Assembly: GCA_976226885.1 (NCBI GenBank)
Contig: OZ320317.1
Location: 59,768,001 to 59,832,000, forward strand
Source: Iphione sp. A-MEVVRFRX5
Lineage: Eukaryota
Reading direction: 5' to 3'
DNA: 64,000 bases
Every line of letters begins with the position of its first letter. The stretch's first letter is position 1. This document shows positions 47,926 through 61,300 of the stretch, piece after piece. The notes under the pieces were generated by a model. That model saw nothing but the letters and a program-made list of their open reading frames with translations, was not told where the DNA came from and ran no database searches. Both the position numbers and the translations under genes were made by a program.

Positions 47926-50900
47926 TTGCCCAATCCAAAAACATGCGTATGTTTCCATGAAAACGCAGCCGTGCTTCCACAGTAAAAGGAATATCTATTG
48001 GTAGGAGTCATAGTACAAAAAAAATGAAAACATGCCTGTTAAATCCAGCTTTTAACATTTAGATGACGGGAACCAATAGTATCTGGACGGGTACGAATTA
48101 AAGAGCAGAGGTTGAAATATTCGTGTAGAATCACCAACATGCCTGTCAGTACCTTCACGTGTGTCACGGGCTAAAAGATCTAGATGGGGCGGGGGCAACC
48201 ATATCCCACTGCCCTCAACGCCTTCACTGGGTCCCATGCGCCACTTTCTTGATGCAGTAGCCCTGTCGACAACGGCAGGTTGCCCCTCTAATGTATTGTG
48301 AGCGATAATCGGTGTACTTGTCGGCGGCTCCTCCAGGTGTGCTTGCCGCTTAACAAGGTCTTCGGAACACATGGGATTGGAGGGTGTCGCCGGTGGGCCC
48401 TGCCCTGACTCCCAAACCACTGGTCCATAACACGCACACACAGAGTCAATTATACCTCCACACTGGGGAGACGTGCACACGCGCAGAGACATTAGGTGAC
48501 CATTGACCTTTCGGGGTGTCGGCGTCCTTCCGGCCGTGAGAGTCATGGAAATAGCCGATCCTCCATCTCTATATGCTTCGATGTAGGCATACATGTATGT
48601 ATATGCTAGGGAAGGGCAGACAAGTGCGTTTGTACAGGCAACGGACGTGGATATAAAAGTGAAAGAAACCTATAATCGTGACAAGATACCCTGTCAGGTA
48701 TGGACTCCTGATAACAGTGTGACAGAACTTGACAGGTGGGACCCCTTTGTTTGAATCTGTGATCCATACAACAACTGAGACTTCACATGTAATAGTGTGG
48801 TGGGATCCGGAGCAGGGAAGGCAACAGTTGTATATCGAGCAATCATGAGGGTCATCAAAGTTCGAGCGAGTCAAGAACTGAGCAAATAAATAAGTAACTC
48901 AAGGATGATGAAGTCTGTTTTATCGACAATAGTTCGTTTTATCGACTTCTTTAATCCTGATTTCATGCTGAAGATTGGATGGTTTTAATTTCTTTTCCAT
49001 CTGTCCATTTATCCGTATTTTACCCATGCTTTATCAAGCTCCGGCGTGAAATTATACCCAACATCTGGCGATATAGCAAACGCATTGCAAGCCAGCACGG
49101 GATCTACGTACAAATCATCGGGAAGGACTCCAAAACGGCGTATGGTGTGTGCATACCTCCGTAAGATGCCCAGCTGCTAGTTTGATTCCATTCTTCAAAA
49201 TTGATTTAGAGTCCCACAACAGACAATGCAGTAACATGGTTGCGTGTTTAAGGGGGTGCATGTGATATATCAAGGAAATAACGGGCGATTTCCAATCAGA
49301 ATCGTGCAGTGTAAGGAGTCCACTACTGTGTAGGGGAAGAGTCCTCAAGGGATCTTGACGCCCTGTGATTCTGTGATCGATCTGTACCGAGTGATGCCCC
49401 TGATGTAATTAAACATCTCCATTACCGGAAAGGAAGCGAGGCGGTGGCATCGTGTGTGGGGCCGATGCTTTGTGCTTCTGCTGGTTCGGCTCCTTTATAC
49501 ACCCCTTATTACTTACGCCCAATAAATATTTTATAAATAATATTCCACTGGTGTTTTAGTTGGTCCAGAGTGGCATTTAGATCACACGATAAAATCAAAC
49601 AACTGAGACTTTGGTTTCTCGGAAAATGTCTATGCGGGCTTTGTATAACATGTTGTAAGTAACGGATTTTGCCTGAATGACGGTAGTTTTTTTAAAGGTG
49701 GATTTTGTTAATGACAGTCATAAAAGAGGACGACGAGCGTATACTCCTTTTTTAAGAGGGGAAAGGTTTTGAGCGATCTTGAGTGCAACGTTCTTGCAGT
49801 ATAGCCGAGACGCGAGCAGTGGCCTGGCCAGACATGGACACGGCCAGTTTGACGGGTAGCGTATGTACAAATCGAGAGCCAGTCACTGTACATGACATGC
49901 CGTCTGACCTAATGCCCAGCTCGGGTTATATTTAGTAGGACCTATGGATGAATGTGCCAGTTTTAATCATTTACCAGCCTGTTCGCAGTCAATAATCGCT
50001 TCCATTACAGGAGTCATTCGAAAAGAACATACATGTATATATCTTCAGGACAATTAATACTTCCATAAGGTCAATGACGTACAGCACCTAATAAGATTCA
50101 TATTTGATAGTAAAACGCAAAATAAACCTTATATGCATCCAAAACTGTAAATTTGCTACTTCTATTTCTAGAAAAAAAAACGAGTTGTGATTGGATGCTC
50201 CTTTGAAATGTGTTAATCTGCTTATGAAATGTGTTACTTCATGGATTGATGTGACTGATTTCCCTTAAGATTAATAGACAGAATCAGTGGTTTAACCGTG
50301 TTTGTTCGGAAATGGCACTTTGAGTGAAAAAGACATTATGTACTAAGTAATTGAGAGATGTCTAACATGTGAAGACTACTTAGGGGATTAAACGTTTAGG
50401 GCAGCGTATTTCCCACGGGAACATCAAGAAGTGAATTTTGTCAACTGATCAATATTCACTGTTTCATGGACGTATTGCCCTAAATATCACATGAATACCA
50501 GGTAATTAGAATTGAATGTAAGGGATACCCGCAATTTCTCAGATGAAAGGTTCTCAAAGTAATAAAGGTTACCTCACGGTTCGATTTTCCATCGATCCCA
50601 ATTTTCCAGTTCATGCCTGTATGGGGCTGTTCAGCAGAACAAACGGTGGAAATAGTCATTAATAATAAACAAGCATATATCACCTCGGACGGGTGCCTGC
50701 AGCTTCTCACAGCAAGGTATGATTCAGCAATAACTGTTAAGTGATACGAGCCATAGCCATATATCACGATTATTCTTATATCTCTACATTTGTTAAACTG
50801 AATGCTGATCGTTTGGCTTTCTACTTCCTTTCAATTTGCTTTCATTTTTACATAAAATTATATTACTATAACTAGTATCAATAAAGAAAATTTACCGCAG

Positions 50901-53201
50901 CATCTAAAATACTATGCATCATGAGAATCGATCACTGGTCAACTGAAAGTTCACTGCAAATGAGGCCTGATGTTTCTGTAAAAAGGCTAGAGGCGACTGC
51001 TTGTTTAAGCAGTCAAACTTTTACCAGGATGAACGGACGTCGATTGAGTCACGAATTCTGAAAACAACTGAATAGCAAAGAATGTCATTGTTTCTGTCGA
51101 GTAGGTATAATCCCAAGGCAGCTAAAGCCCGACGCCTTTTCTTTAACTACGAATCTACACAAGGTAAAACAGCAGTGCTTGGTGACTGTCGATCGTCAAA
51201 TGTTTGCCATTTAACATCATGTTAGCTGACGGGTATAATTGCCTCAGGTATATTAACCCTCGCAGTGCGTTCGGAAACTTGAGGCAATTGACTGAGCAGA
51301 ATTGAAGACTATTGCGTAACCTTTTGTTATTACTTGTCCACGTATGACCAATAAACGTGTGTTGCAGGCATAGCCTCAGTCGCCACATACTGGTCTTTAT
51401 CACGGTGCTATTCAAACCGAGGGGATTGGGTTTCCTCGGCAAGTCAATCTCCAACAGGTGAATAGTTAAATGACGAGAAAAACGAACTCTCTTCGTCGTC
51501 TGGAGGTAAGAAACAGCACAGCCTACAGGTGAAATGTTAAGGAAGTTCTTCTATCAAATTCAAATTAATAAGATATTGCAACATTTCCCTGCGTATTCCA
51601 CATTCAATAGGCCTTTCAAATCCAAGGGTACAATCAGGCGGGCATATCGTTTTACGAGATTTTCAATTCAAGATTACTTTAAAAATTCAGAATTTGGAAA
51701 ATATCATCCACAAACGAACATGCTTCAGTCTCGCAGGACGACTCAGTGTAGGAATAATCGTGCCTGAGCTCGCGTAACTACGTTTCTCTCCATCCAGGCC
51801 AGGCTACATATCAATATAAATCTATATATTTCTTCGTCCACTGGGAACGAGACAGCTGCTGCAAGTAATAGTGAACACTTGGTATCCTGTGTTTATCAAC
51901 CAACATTCAACACATTACTTGCGCTGCGCCAAACAGGTTACCGAACGTTTGTGAAGCCAGTGCACCCGTAAACGTCACTAAGAACGTCGCCGGCTGGTGG
52001 CGCGCGCAGCAGTGTTATTATAGTGTAGCCACAGAATCGACTCCTCTAACCAGATCCATGGAGAAACGATCCAGTTAAGGATGGCTGAGAGTGATACCCA
52101 CGGGGGCGGCACGGCCTCAGTTGGCGTGTGGAAAACTGAGACGTTTGTGTATCATAGAAATCTATGTTGCAGGGTTCCTCCATCCTGCCCACATGGGTTT
52201 CGCCGTCAGGATGAGAGCATAAGCCAAGGCCCTAAGGGGAGTCGTTCGTACAGCAAAGGTTGGGCTTACTTTTGTAGCAGAAGAATGTGGTGGTGACTGT
52301 GGGTTTGGGGGGAAATCCGCAGGTTTGTTGTTGGGGGTTGATGATATAAGCGGACGACCATTAGGGTAACCAACAGCACAGCGGCGGTAGCAGGAGGGAA
52401 GGAGGGCCGAGCGGGCGGGAGGGTGGTGGGCAGTTTTAAAGGTTCCCTGAGGAGGAGAAAGAGGCCGTATTTCTGAGGGAACGATCGACGGGCTTGGCCG
52501 TAGGGGCGGCGCGGAATCTTGCGGCAGGGGCCACGCCTCGTCCCAGTAAAGCACCCATCACGTGACAAGCCCCCATCAGACCCCACTGGCAATAATGCTT
52601 AACTCGAGGGGTGATTATGTAGGGTCACTGTAAACGCGATCTCAGCCGGCTATACCCGCCCCCCATTTTCGTCGACAGGTTATTCAGCACGACTCAACAT
52701 AACAGACTTCTTGAATACTTACTTACCCGACTATACCCTTACGCCGAATCTGTCATGGTCACTAAGACCCCTAATAAAATCTATATTATGGGCAACAGAT
52801 TTCGGTACATGAGAAGTATTGTCCATATAGTAATTTTACCGTTCTCTATAGTGAACGGCTTCTTTTATATGTCCCTCCCAATAACTTCACATTAATTAAT
52901 CCTACTCTATTTTCTGAGTTTAAAATGTCTCTTTTTCTTACGATCAAACATCAAACTGGCTCTTTAAGATAACTGCGACTTGCAAAGCTTTCACGCAATT
53001 AGAGGAAGTAACCGTTCGCCCGTCGACATTCAACTGCCACCTCCTAGCCTCAGACATCTCATTCAAGTTAATGGTTGCTCAAGGGCCGCACTTTGCTCCT
53101 CGTGATCGGGAGTTATCCTACATCACTCTGCTCGCCACGTTTAATCACGCCTCACTCATCACGGCGATGCCCTGTAATCTCTGAGCGCCTTGTGCTCCTG
53201 T

Positions 53202-53361
53202 NNNNNNNNNNNNNNNNNNNNNNNNNNNNNNNNNNNNNNNNNNNNNNNNNNNNNNNNNNNNNNNNNNNNNNNNNNNNNNNNNNNNNNNNNNNNNNNNNNN
53301 NNNNNNNNNNNNNNNNNNNNNNNNNNNNNNNNNNNNNNNNNNNNNNNNNNNNNNNNNNNNN
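53202..53361. other. Assembly gap (160 N)
   Basis: Run of N. Confidence 1.
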
Positions 53362-55399
53362 CCAACTCGTCCTCCAGCTCACTCAGACAACCAACCAGCA
53401 TACTTGTCAGGCAGCATCTTAACTGGGCCCTCTCGCTGTCAAAAGACACACCATCAAACTGTCGTCCGCTTATAACCTACACCAGACGCGGTTTGTAGCC
53501 TTCTCTTTTCAAAGAACGCGCTCCCCTATCTGCGTGATAGCATATAGAGGCAAAAACCGAAAAGATGATTATTTGACACACGCCATAGCGTGCATGGTTA
53601 AGGCCAAAATATGCAGTTAAACCCGCACTCACATTCACGCGTGGCTGTTTAATCATATCTTTGAAAATCTTTCGAAAATTTCGTTCATAATGTCTCTGGC
53701 TGAATGCATTCAATTTTACATTGTATTTTCCAACTCAATTCTAAATGGAGTAATATCTGACGAGCGGCTAATTTTTTATTTCCACACAGACCTACCTTCC
53801 AACAGGTTGTTTACTTTAAAACTACCCGCTAGGACCACCGCCAGAATAGCATTTCTAAATTACACTCTACGTATACGACGCGAGGGCTTATTTGGGGCAC
53901 TGGTGTGTATTCTCCTAGGTTGACCTTTGCTACTTTCTTAGAAGTCTGAGAATATTGGCATTCCATTTAGCCGCTACAAAGGAGAAATGGCAGGTTGGTA
54001 ATCAATTAGGGCGGGGGATCTTTCCACTCAACATATTCAGCGGTTTGCCATGCACGGAGGCAAAAGCAAGGAGGCGAGGTATTGACATTGACACATAAAT
54101 CATATCGGAGCGGAATCCCGCGTAAGATGATTGTTACTTGGCCCAGAAAGATAGGCTCTTGGTAGTCGTGCACATTAATACCGGAAGCTTACTATGCGCA
54201 TGGCAACATGGCTGCAATGCCGCCGGCGAGGAGGTCTCGACCCCGGCGTTCATCTGCATGAGGCGACTATCGCTTTGATGCACATCACCACACAGTGGTC
54301 CTTACCTGGCCAGCGCATACTCAAGAATATCATTGACCTACACTATCGTCGGACTGTCAAAAGCGAGCGGAGGATGCATATTCATTTGGCCTTGGCTTCT
54401 AGGTTTGCCAGTTCACTGCCCAGGTGACTGACACTCGTTAAAAGAGCCCCTCGTTCTACGCAGTACCCATTAACATTCTCTCTTAGTTTCTTTTGAGTGT
54501 CTGAGGGCACGTGGGCATCACGAACGTGCCCTGCGGCAATATGCTAGTCGAACATTCCTCTCAGGATGAATTTGGAAAAATGGTATTGCACTTAGTATAT
54601 CTATGTTTTCAACAGTTCATCTAGCTATGTTATAGATATCTTTCTCATGTTTTACCAAACTCCTACCGATAAATAACCCGGTCGGTTTACTGCAACTGCC
54701 CTTACTCTTGTTTCTATGAACAACACACGTCGCTAATAAAAGGAACGCATTCAGCCGAAGACCCTACTCTGCTCTATGTCATGCCAACATTGACTACAAA
54801 CTGTTTCCTTTTATACCGCTGGCTATGTCATTCTATTATGAACCTCACGACGTCATCGGCGGGGTAGCCCGTATCGTCAGTGGTAAGTCCACCGTTGCTG
54901 ATGCAAAAGCAGCTCTTGGTGCCGCTTCTACCGACGTGTACGCAACTAAAGTGGCTCAATCGGCACTGTTCATGTATGAAGTACACCAATCAAATAACGA
55001 GTCGCCACTAAAAGAAACTCAGGGGAGTTTTTCTTCACAAATGCTCTAGAGACAATGATGAAACTGCACTTGCTCCAAACTCTGTTAATTTATTCAAGAT
55101 GGCCTGTTCTTTTTCCAATGCAAAAGATATATCGGTACACCTTTGCCCTTCTTGCATTGGTTTTAAGTGATTTATTTTCAACTCTGAGAACTAAATCTAA
55201 GCAAACATCGGAGGAAACAATATCTAAAAAAAACGCACAGCAGCTTATGATAATGGGAGACGTCAACCGGTTGTGAAGTAGGTAACCCTAGCGTCCATAT
55301 ATCAATACCAGAGAGCCCGTCTCCACTCGCTGCCACCAGGAGTCGCCCAAGGGAGACGTCGCCGCTTTGCCCGCTGTTTGTCTTTCATCGCTCGCGTAT

Positions 55400-55800
55400 C
55401 TATCATATAGCCCACTTCCGGTGTCCGGAACCACGTGACCCGGTCCGTTCGGCTGGCGGGAGGCCGGCGTGGGGGGGAGGGGTAAGGATGTCCGTCAGTG
55501 GAGCGGAGGAGGCTGGCTGAAGGGTATGGGCTGTAAGACTGTAAGGTACTAGAAGCGGGAGGGCGGGAATAGTGGCAGGAGGCGAAGGAGGAGGAGCAAG
55601 GTGCGGGTCGGGGTTGGACGGAGTTAGCCGAGCTCTTCGGGAGCCGCCACTGTCAACAGCGACGAGGACCAAGCACATAGCAGGTAATGGAGGCGCTCCT
55701 CCATCAGCTCAAGAACAACTCAACTTAACGGGGCCGCGCGTTCATCGCCAACGGTAGCGACGTCGTCGTGCCATTCTGTATCCGGCCGCGCATGCGGGTA
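55400..55800. promoter_or_regulatory. CpG-rich promoter-like island
   Basis: ETS CACTTCCGG (55413-55421) with a second CCGGAA, USF-type CACGTGAC (55432-55439), NRF1-type GCGCATGCG (55788-55796). Motif matches only. Confidence 0.4.
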
Positions 55801-56590
55801 GGCTTGTGGTCTGAGAGCTACTCCATGTTGTCGATGTAGAGCAGGATAAAGGGCGAGGCGGTGGCAGTCGAAGGACGGTTCAGTCCAGCAAGCTGAAGTC
55901 TATGCACACCATACAGAAGGGGAAAAGCAAAATGTGACCTGACATGTGCGCCCCTACATACTACCCTCTTGTAATCTTATCTAATCATGTCCATACCGAA
56001 ACAACGCAACAGAATTCATTTATACCGCTGTATCTCTAGTACATACCAATACAATACAGTACAGGAATATGAAATGTATGGAAGCATAAAAGACTTATGC
56101 TTCTGTAAGCTTCGTGCGAAATTTGCATGGTGCGGGTGTCTTATGGCAACGCTTGGAACGATTAGTATGCTTCCCGCACCCTGTAAAACTTATTTGATAT
56201 CTAAGATTCAAGCGAAAACCTGCACATTCAAGACTAAGCTCATTAGATTCAATGCTCCTGAGGGGGAGGGGGTTGGGGGAGGTTATTTCTGTTTGGCCGC
56301 GAGCTGACTGTGGCGCCGCGCGGCGGCTGGGGTTGATATTGGACGCCAGGCGGATCGGCCCACAGAACAAACACAAGAAGCTGATGGGCGCCGCCCCGAT
56401 CCTCCATCTTGACATTACAAGGGTTGTTATCCGCACTCCGCAGCTTCGACGTTCGCATTAGGTCGACGTCGCCTGTGCTGAAACGCAAGCTGCAATGGGT
56501 TCACCCGTGCAAAATGCCTTCTACAATTCACCCCTCCCTTTTCTTCTCTTCCTTCTTATTCAAAACGCAGTGCCCCTTCTCCATCCATCG

Positions 56591-56593
<3 letters not shown>

Positions 56594-56647
<54 letters not shown>
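56594..56647. repeat. (CT)n microsatellite
   Basis: Directly visible. Confidence 0.95.
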
Positions 56648-56649
<2 letters not shown>

Positions 56650-57479
56650 CTCTCATTCCTTGTGTCTCCCTGACACGATTCCAAGAAGAAGGGTATACCC
56701 GACTGTAAAGATACGATATAAGGAAGTGTTTGCCAGCGGCAGAGGGAATAAGTATGATCGCTTGCTGAGCTACTACTAGACAAGACCAGCAGTGTGCCAG
56801 AGGAAGGCTGCTCGCACGTCTACCAGCAGTGTGTTGCGGCTGTTGTGGCCCGAGAACGCCGACTGCACGCTTGGTCAACCAAGCCGGACTAACGCAATCC
56901 CAAGCCTTTTCATGGGATCGAATTGCATGTGAAAAAAACGAGCATTTAATTAGAGGGATGATCCAGCCGCTGCACCGAATTGATCATCTCCCGGCTCCGT
57001 ATTATCTGCGTGGGCTTTTACCTAAATCATATGCGTGTGCGCCTATTATCGCTCAGTTGGCGCGCCTCTGTAGCGCCCCCTATCTGAACCGGAAGCACGG
57101 GCAGTAAAATCGTCTCGTCGCCGAGGCGGCGCGCGGTAGAGGGATAGGAAGCGCGCGAAGCTCTGCTAACACAATCAAACCAATATCTTCATATTGCTGC
57201 CATTTGACCGCCAATGAGCCATGGCGGAAGGCGACACAATATCCGCTTGTGGACGACTTTAGAGGGAAGGGCGGCTGGCGCTGAGCTGTTATCGGTGGCT
57301 GCCACATCCCGCACACAATGGCTGCCGTGCACCTCACGCCTCCGCCACGGGTGGGGAGCAGCAGGGGCAGGGAGAGAGAGAGGAGTATGGTTTCCCCACC
57401 TCCATCTCCAATGCCACCACCAACACCGCCACCCACTACGACTATTCCAGTGTGTGAAGGTGTTCGTTGTAGTGCTAGC

Positions 57480-58370
57480 ACTGGGCGATGTGGAGGCTAT
57501 GATAGTGATGATCTCGTCGTGGTTATATGGCGATGCTTGTGATCCTGACAGCAGAGGTGGCTAAGGTCATAGTATTGTTTGAGAACCTGGTGATGGTGTT
57601 GACGGTAAAGATGTCTGTCGTGGTGGTAGTTGTTCTTGTAAAGATATGTACATACATATGTAGTACCGGTTTTAAGATTGTGTGATAGCAGGAGGGCAGC
57701 ACGAAAGAAAGGAAGTGTATACTGTAATTGCAGAAATATTAGCAGTGGTTAGTAGTAGCAGTAGAAGGGAGAGGTGCTCTAGTCCCAGCAAGTAAAGAAG
57801 CTGTTTTAATGGCGATGTTCGTCGAGACGACTATAATTATGGCGGGGGTTTAGGCTCCTGGTTCTTTTACGGACACAAAACAAGTGATAGCAACCGTGAC
57901 CGTTATGTACTCTCTATTCAGTGTTTGTAATTGTGGTAGTTAATTATCATTAAAGCCAACTGAAATTTAATCTCCGGTGTTTTTGTTGGTGTGTTCAACT
58001 ACAACCTTAGTGTTTGTAATTGTTCTTAAACAATAATCTCGATTGATATCGGTATTACTATTAGGATTAGCCAAGTGAGCATAAGCCAACGCTGGCATTG
58101 TTAAAGGATGGTTACATGCGCTAGGTAACATTGCTGGAATTGTGATCTCATCGGAAGCTGCTGTTTCCGATATTGACTGATTCTGGAAAATTTTATCTCC
58201 AGCAGGTTTGATTGCGGGTAGGCTGCTTGTGGTCGAATGTACTTTATATGCTTTGGCATTCTTGCAGTTATATTATCCTTGCGAGCAAAACACGGAGATC
58301 GTGACGCTATTCGTCACTGCTAGTCCTATTGCTGCTGACGATGTGGATGACTTGAAGTGTGCTGGGAGGG
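57480..58370 (-). pseudogene. Possible decayed Thr/Ser-rich (mucin-like) coding sequence
   Basis: Largely open minus frames rich in T/S/I (TTTTTDIFTVNTITRFSNNTMTLATSA; STTSSLPAIKPAG; a repeated TITNT unit), broken by scattered stops and frameshifts. Confidence 0.22.
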
Positions 58371-61300
58371 GACATTGGTAAGGACTCGGTATCATTTCGC
58401 TTAATGAGAGCTTCACTGGAAGGGCAGAGGCGTCACTTACAGAGACGAATACCCATCGCTGTCGAAGACAGTCAGCTACTGTTTAAGCTGACACCCGCGG
58501 CACTGACGGCGTTACCACAAAAGGCATACACCGCTGTCAATGTAGAAGAAAGCGTCGCCGAGAAAGACAAAAGGGCTGCAACAGGGATGGCGTTAATCCA
58601 GCAGCGCCAAGTCGAGCAAACATGCTGGGCGCTGGCATAAATACAACTGATTCTACGGGGTTGCGATGTTGGGCATTGTATCGACTGACAAGTACGCCAT
58701 AGAGGCTGTCAAAAGAATGCCTGTGGTTCAACCTGAAATGATTATGAAAGACTGCTACCGCCGGATATAAAGTAAAGAAGGTAATTTTAGATTCACAATT
58801 CACAGGAAATACAATTGTATGTATAACTATTTGCCAGTACCTTTGATGTAATACAATTAAAAACCAGTTCTAGGTAATGGGCACTGAGGTACCCAAGTGA
58901 TGGAATACACTGCAACTTCTATAGGATTAAAATCCAATAGTAGTTACATCCCTTTTAGAGACATCACTATACGCACTGTGCTTTGTGTCTGCCGACATAT
59001 TGCATTCCTTTGGAAAGGTATTCGGTATCAGATTAAAGGAGTACTAGCTTGAGATGGAGATCACTACGATGAACGTCATGGTACATTCACATAAAGAGGC
59101 ACTCACATTCATCCAGTGGCTGAATTACAATAATTCATTTGATTATTCCTGAAGAGGTATTTAGTTGAAGTACAGGTACTGCATGAATATCTTTGTAACA
59201 ACAATAAATAAAAACAAGAAATGTTTCATATTAGTAGTACAATTAGAGCAAGGAGGACTCAACTGATTATCGATTCATAAACTGTTAAAAGCAACAATTT
59301 TCTTGATCTTCGTCAGGATGGTACAAGAGGTACATACGTACATCCAATATAGTAGTAGGCTTTTTGCAAAGAGGAAAGGAGCAACAATAACATTAGCTTT
59401 CTGGAAAATCAATTAACTGAATTACACTTGCGTTCAAGGTAAGGAAACGTCAAGGAGAAGTGAATCGACACTAGGCCGCATTTATTTCGAGGTCCTCTCC
59501 AATGTGCCACTTTACGGGAGCAACAATGACATGCCTTTATAAGGACGAATACCAAACCCACATTTACCATACGCCCAAATTCATAAGCTCTCTTCTCGTC
59601 ATGCGCAAAATTCAATACTACCACAAAGGAACTAAAACCTGCGTGGGACACTGTCAGAACCTCTACTGCTTGATGTGTACCAGCGTCTTTTATTGGGATC
59701 AGGAACGCACTTACTTTGGGCTGTAGCTTAGCTACATGGCAGGGTGCGCTCAGTGGGCGTATGCGGGGTCAAATTTTCTTCAGAAAGGATGGCAGTATAG
59801 GGAAACCAGGCGTGTCCTATCTACAGTTAAGGTTTCATTAGCAGACTCCTTAATCAACGTGCCAAGGCCGGGCGTTGGCTTGCCGATAACTTCGCCGCTG
59901 GCTCCACCTTCGTTTCTTGCACCGCAGGAACAAGCATCGCCACAATCCACGCGGAGTTAGCTGTTAGCCAGTAATTAAAGCATTTCTACTGGTGAATTAG
60001 ACACCATGCGTTAATTACAGATCCCATAGAGCAATAGGCATGTCTTCATCTCGATACAAATTGCACTACAGAAATATGGTGTAGATGAAATATACTCTGG
60101 TAGATAACACGGTTCCTTGGAATTTTTTCTTCTCGCTTTATAATAAAAAGGCACACTTGGAATGCACAGACAATCAGTACGCGGAATGTGTCATTGTGTG
60201 GGGTTACTTTATGTACCCCCTAAAATGCACTATATTATAGCGTTCTCCATGAGACATTAGGTTACCGTTGACGTTCGCGGATCTGCAATTGGTCCAAGCA
60301 GTCTTCTATTTGATCCGATCATTGAGATCAAAGGGATATGCTAAAACATAGAACTCATGCTACTTATATGTAAAACATTTTCGTATGTTCAGTATCTCTT
60401 GCCTCAGGTTTAACGAGTTGTGTTTACAAACCTTCGTGTATTATGTGAGAATTACATGTAGTAAAAACAATGCTGAATCGATCTGTGATACTATTTCGTA
60501 ACCCTCTCTCTAAATCTCTACATGCGTCTACACAGTGTAAAACACCACTAAGATTAATTGTTAGGATAATTATCATGAGGATGGGTCCCGGTTTTGTATG
60601 TTCCCTTGTCGAACAGCTCTTAATCTTTCTTTAATACCGCTGCATCCATCTAAATATCAGATGATCGCTTCAATGCTGAAAAACTGGGGAAGGAACGAAT
60701 GCAGATTATACCCTGGGAGGGAACTAAATAGCAAATGAATCTAAATATATCTCGATGGTCCACGGTAATTGGGTACCTCGGCCTATCATAGAACCAAGAG
60801 CAATATATTCAAATTAATTACATCTAACACGAGGTAACGTTACAGACCATGCTGTGCGAAGGCACGGGGAATCACATGTTCTTTTTCATTCAAAGCGAGT
60901 TTAGAGTCAAAACTGGTATATTCCTGTCGTTGACAATTGCTTAAAAGATGCCAGAAGAATACATTTAATATGGGACTAAGCGGCATGAAACAGTCGAAGA
61001 CAGTGCCATGAGAGCCCATGTAAATATCATCTACGTCGACAGAAAACCATGCAGCCAAATGTAAGCCCCATCCATCACCCATAGGACAAGAGGAAACATT
61101 TAATTAGACGCTACATTAGCCTTACTTAAAGATTCAAACTACATCACGAACAAGCAGCTGCCTATGTACAAGTGGCCACGGTCCTCCGTCACAAATTACT
61201 CTTTCCTGGGCTCACGACAGGCGCGGCAGGCCTGAACTAAGGGGTCTGTTCTGTTCGAACTGCTGCGGTTGTACGTCAGCTGTGCCTGTAGAGGAGTCTT

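Noticed and set aside
48052-48594. 180-aa minus-strand ORF
   Set aside because: No recognisable domain or splice context; it starts in a TACATGTA low-complexity patch.
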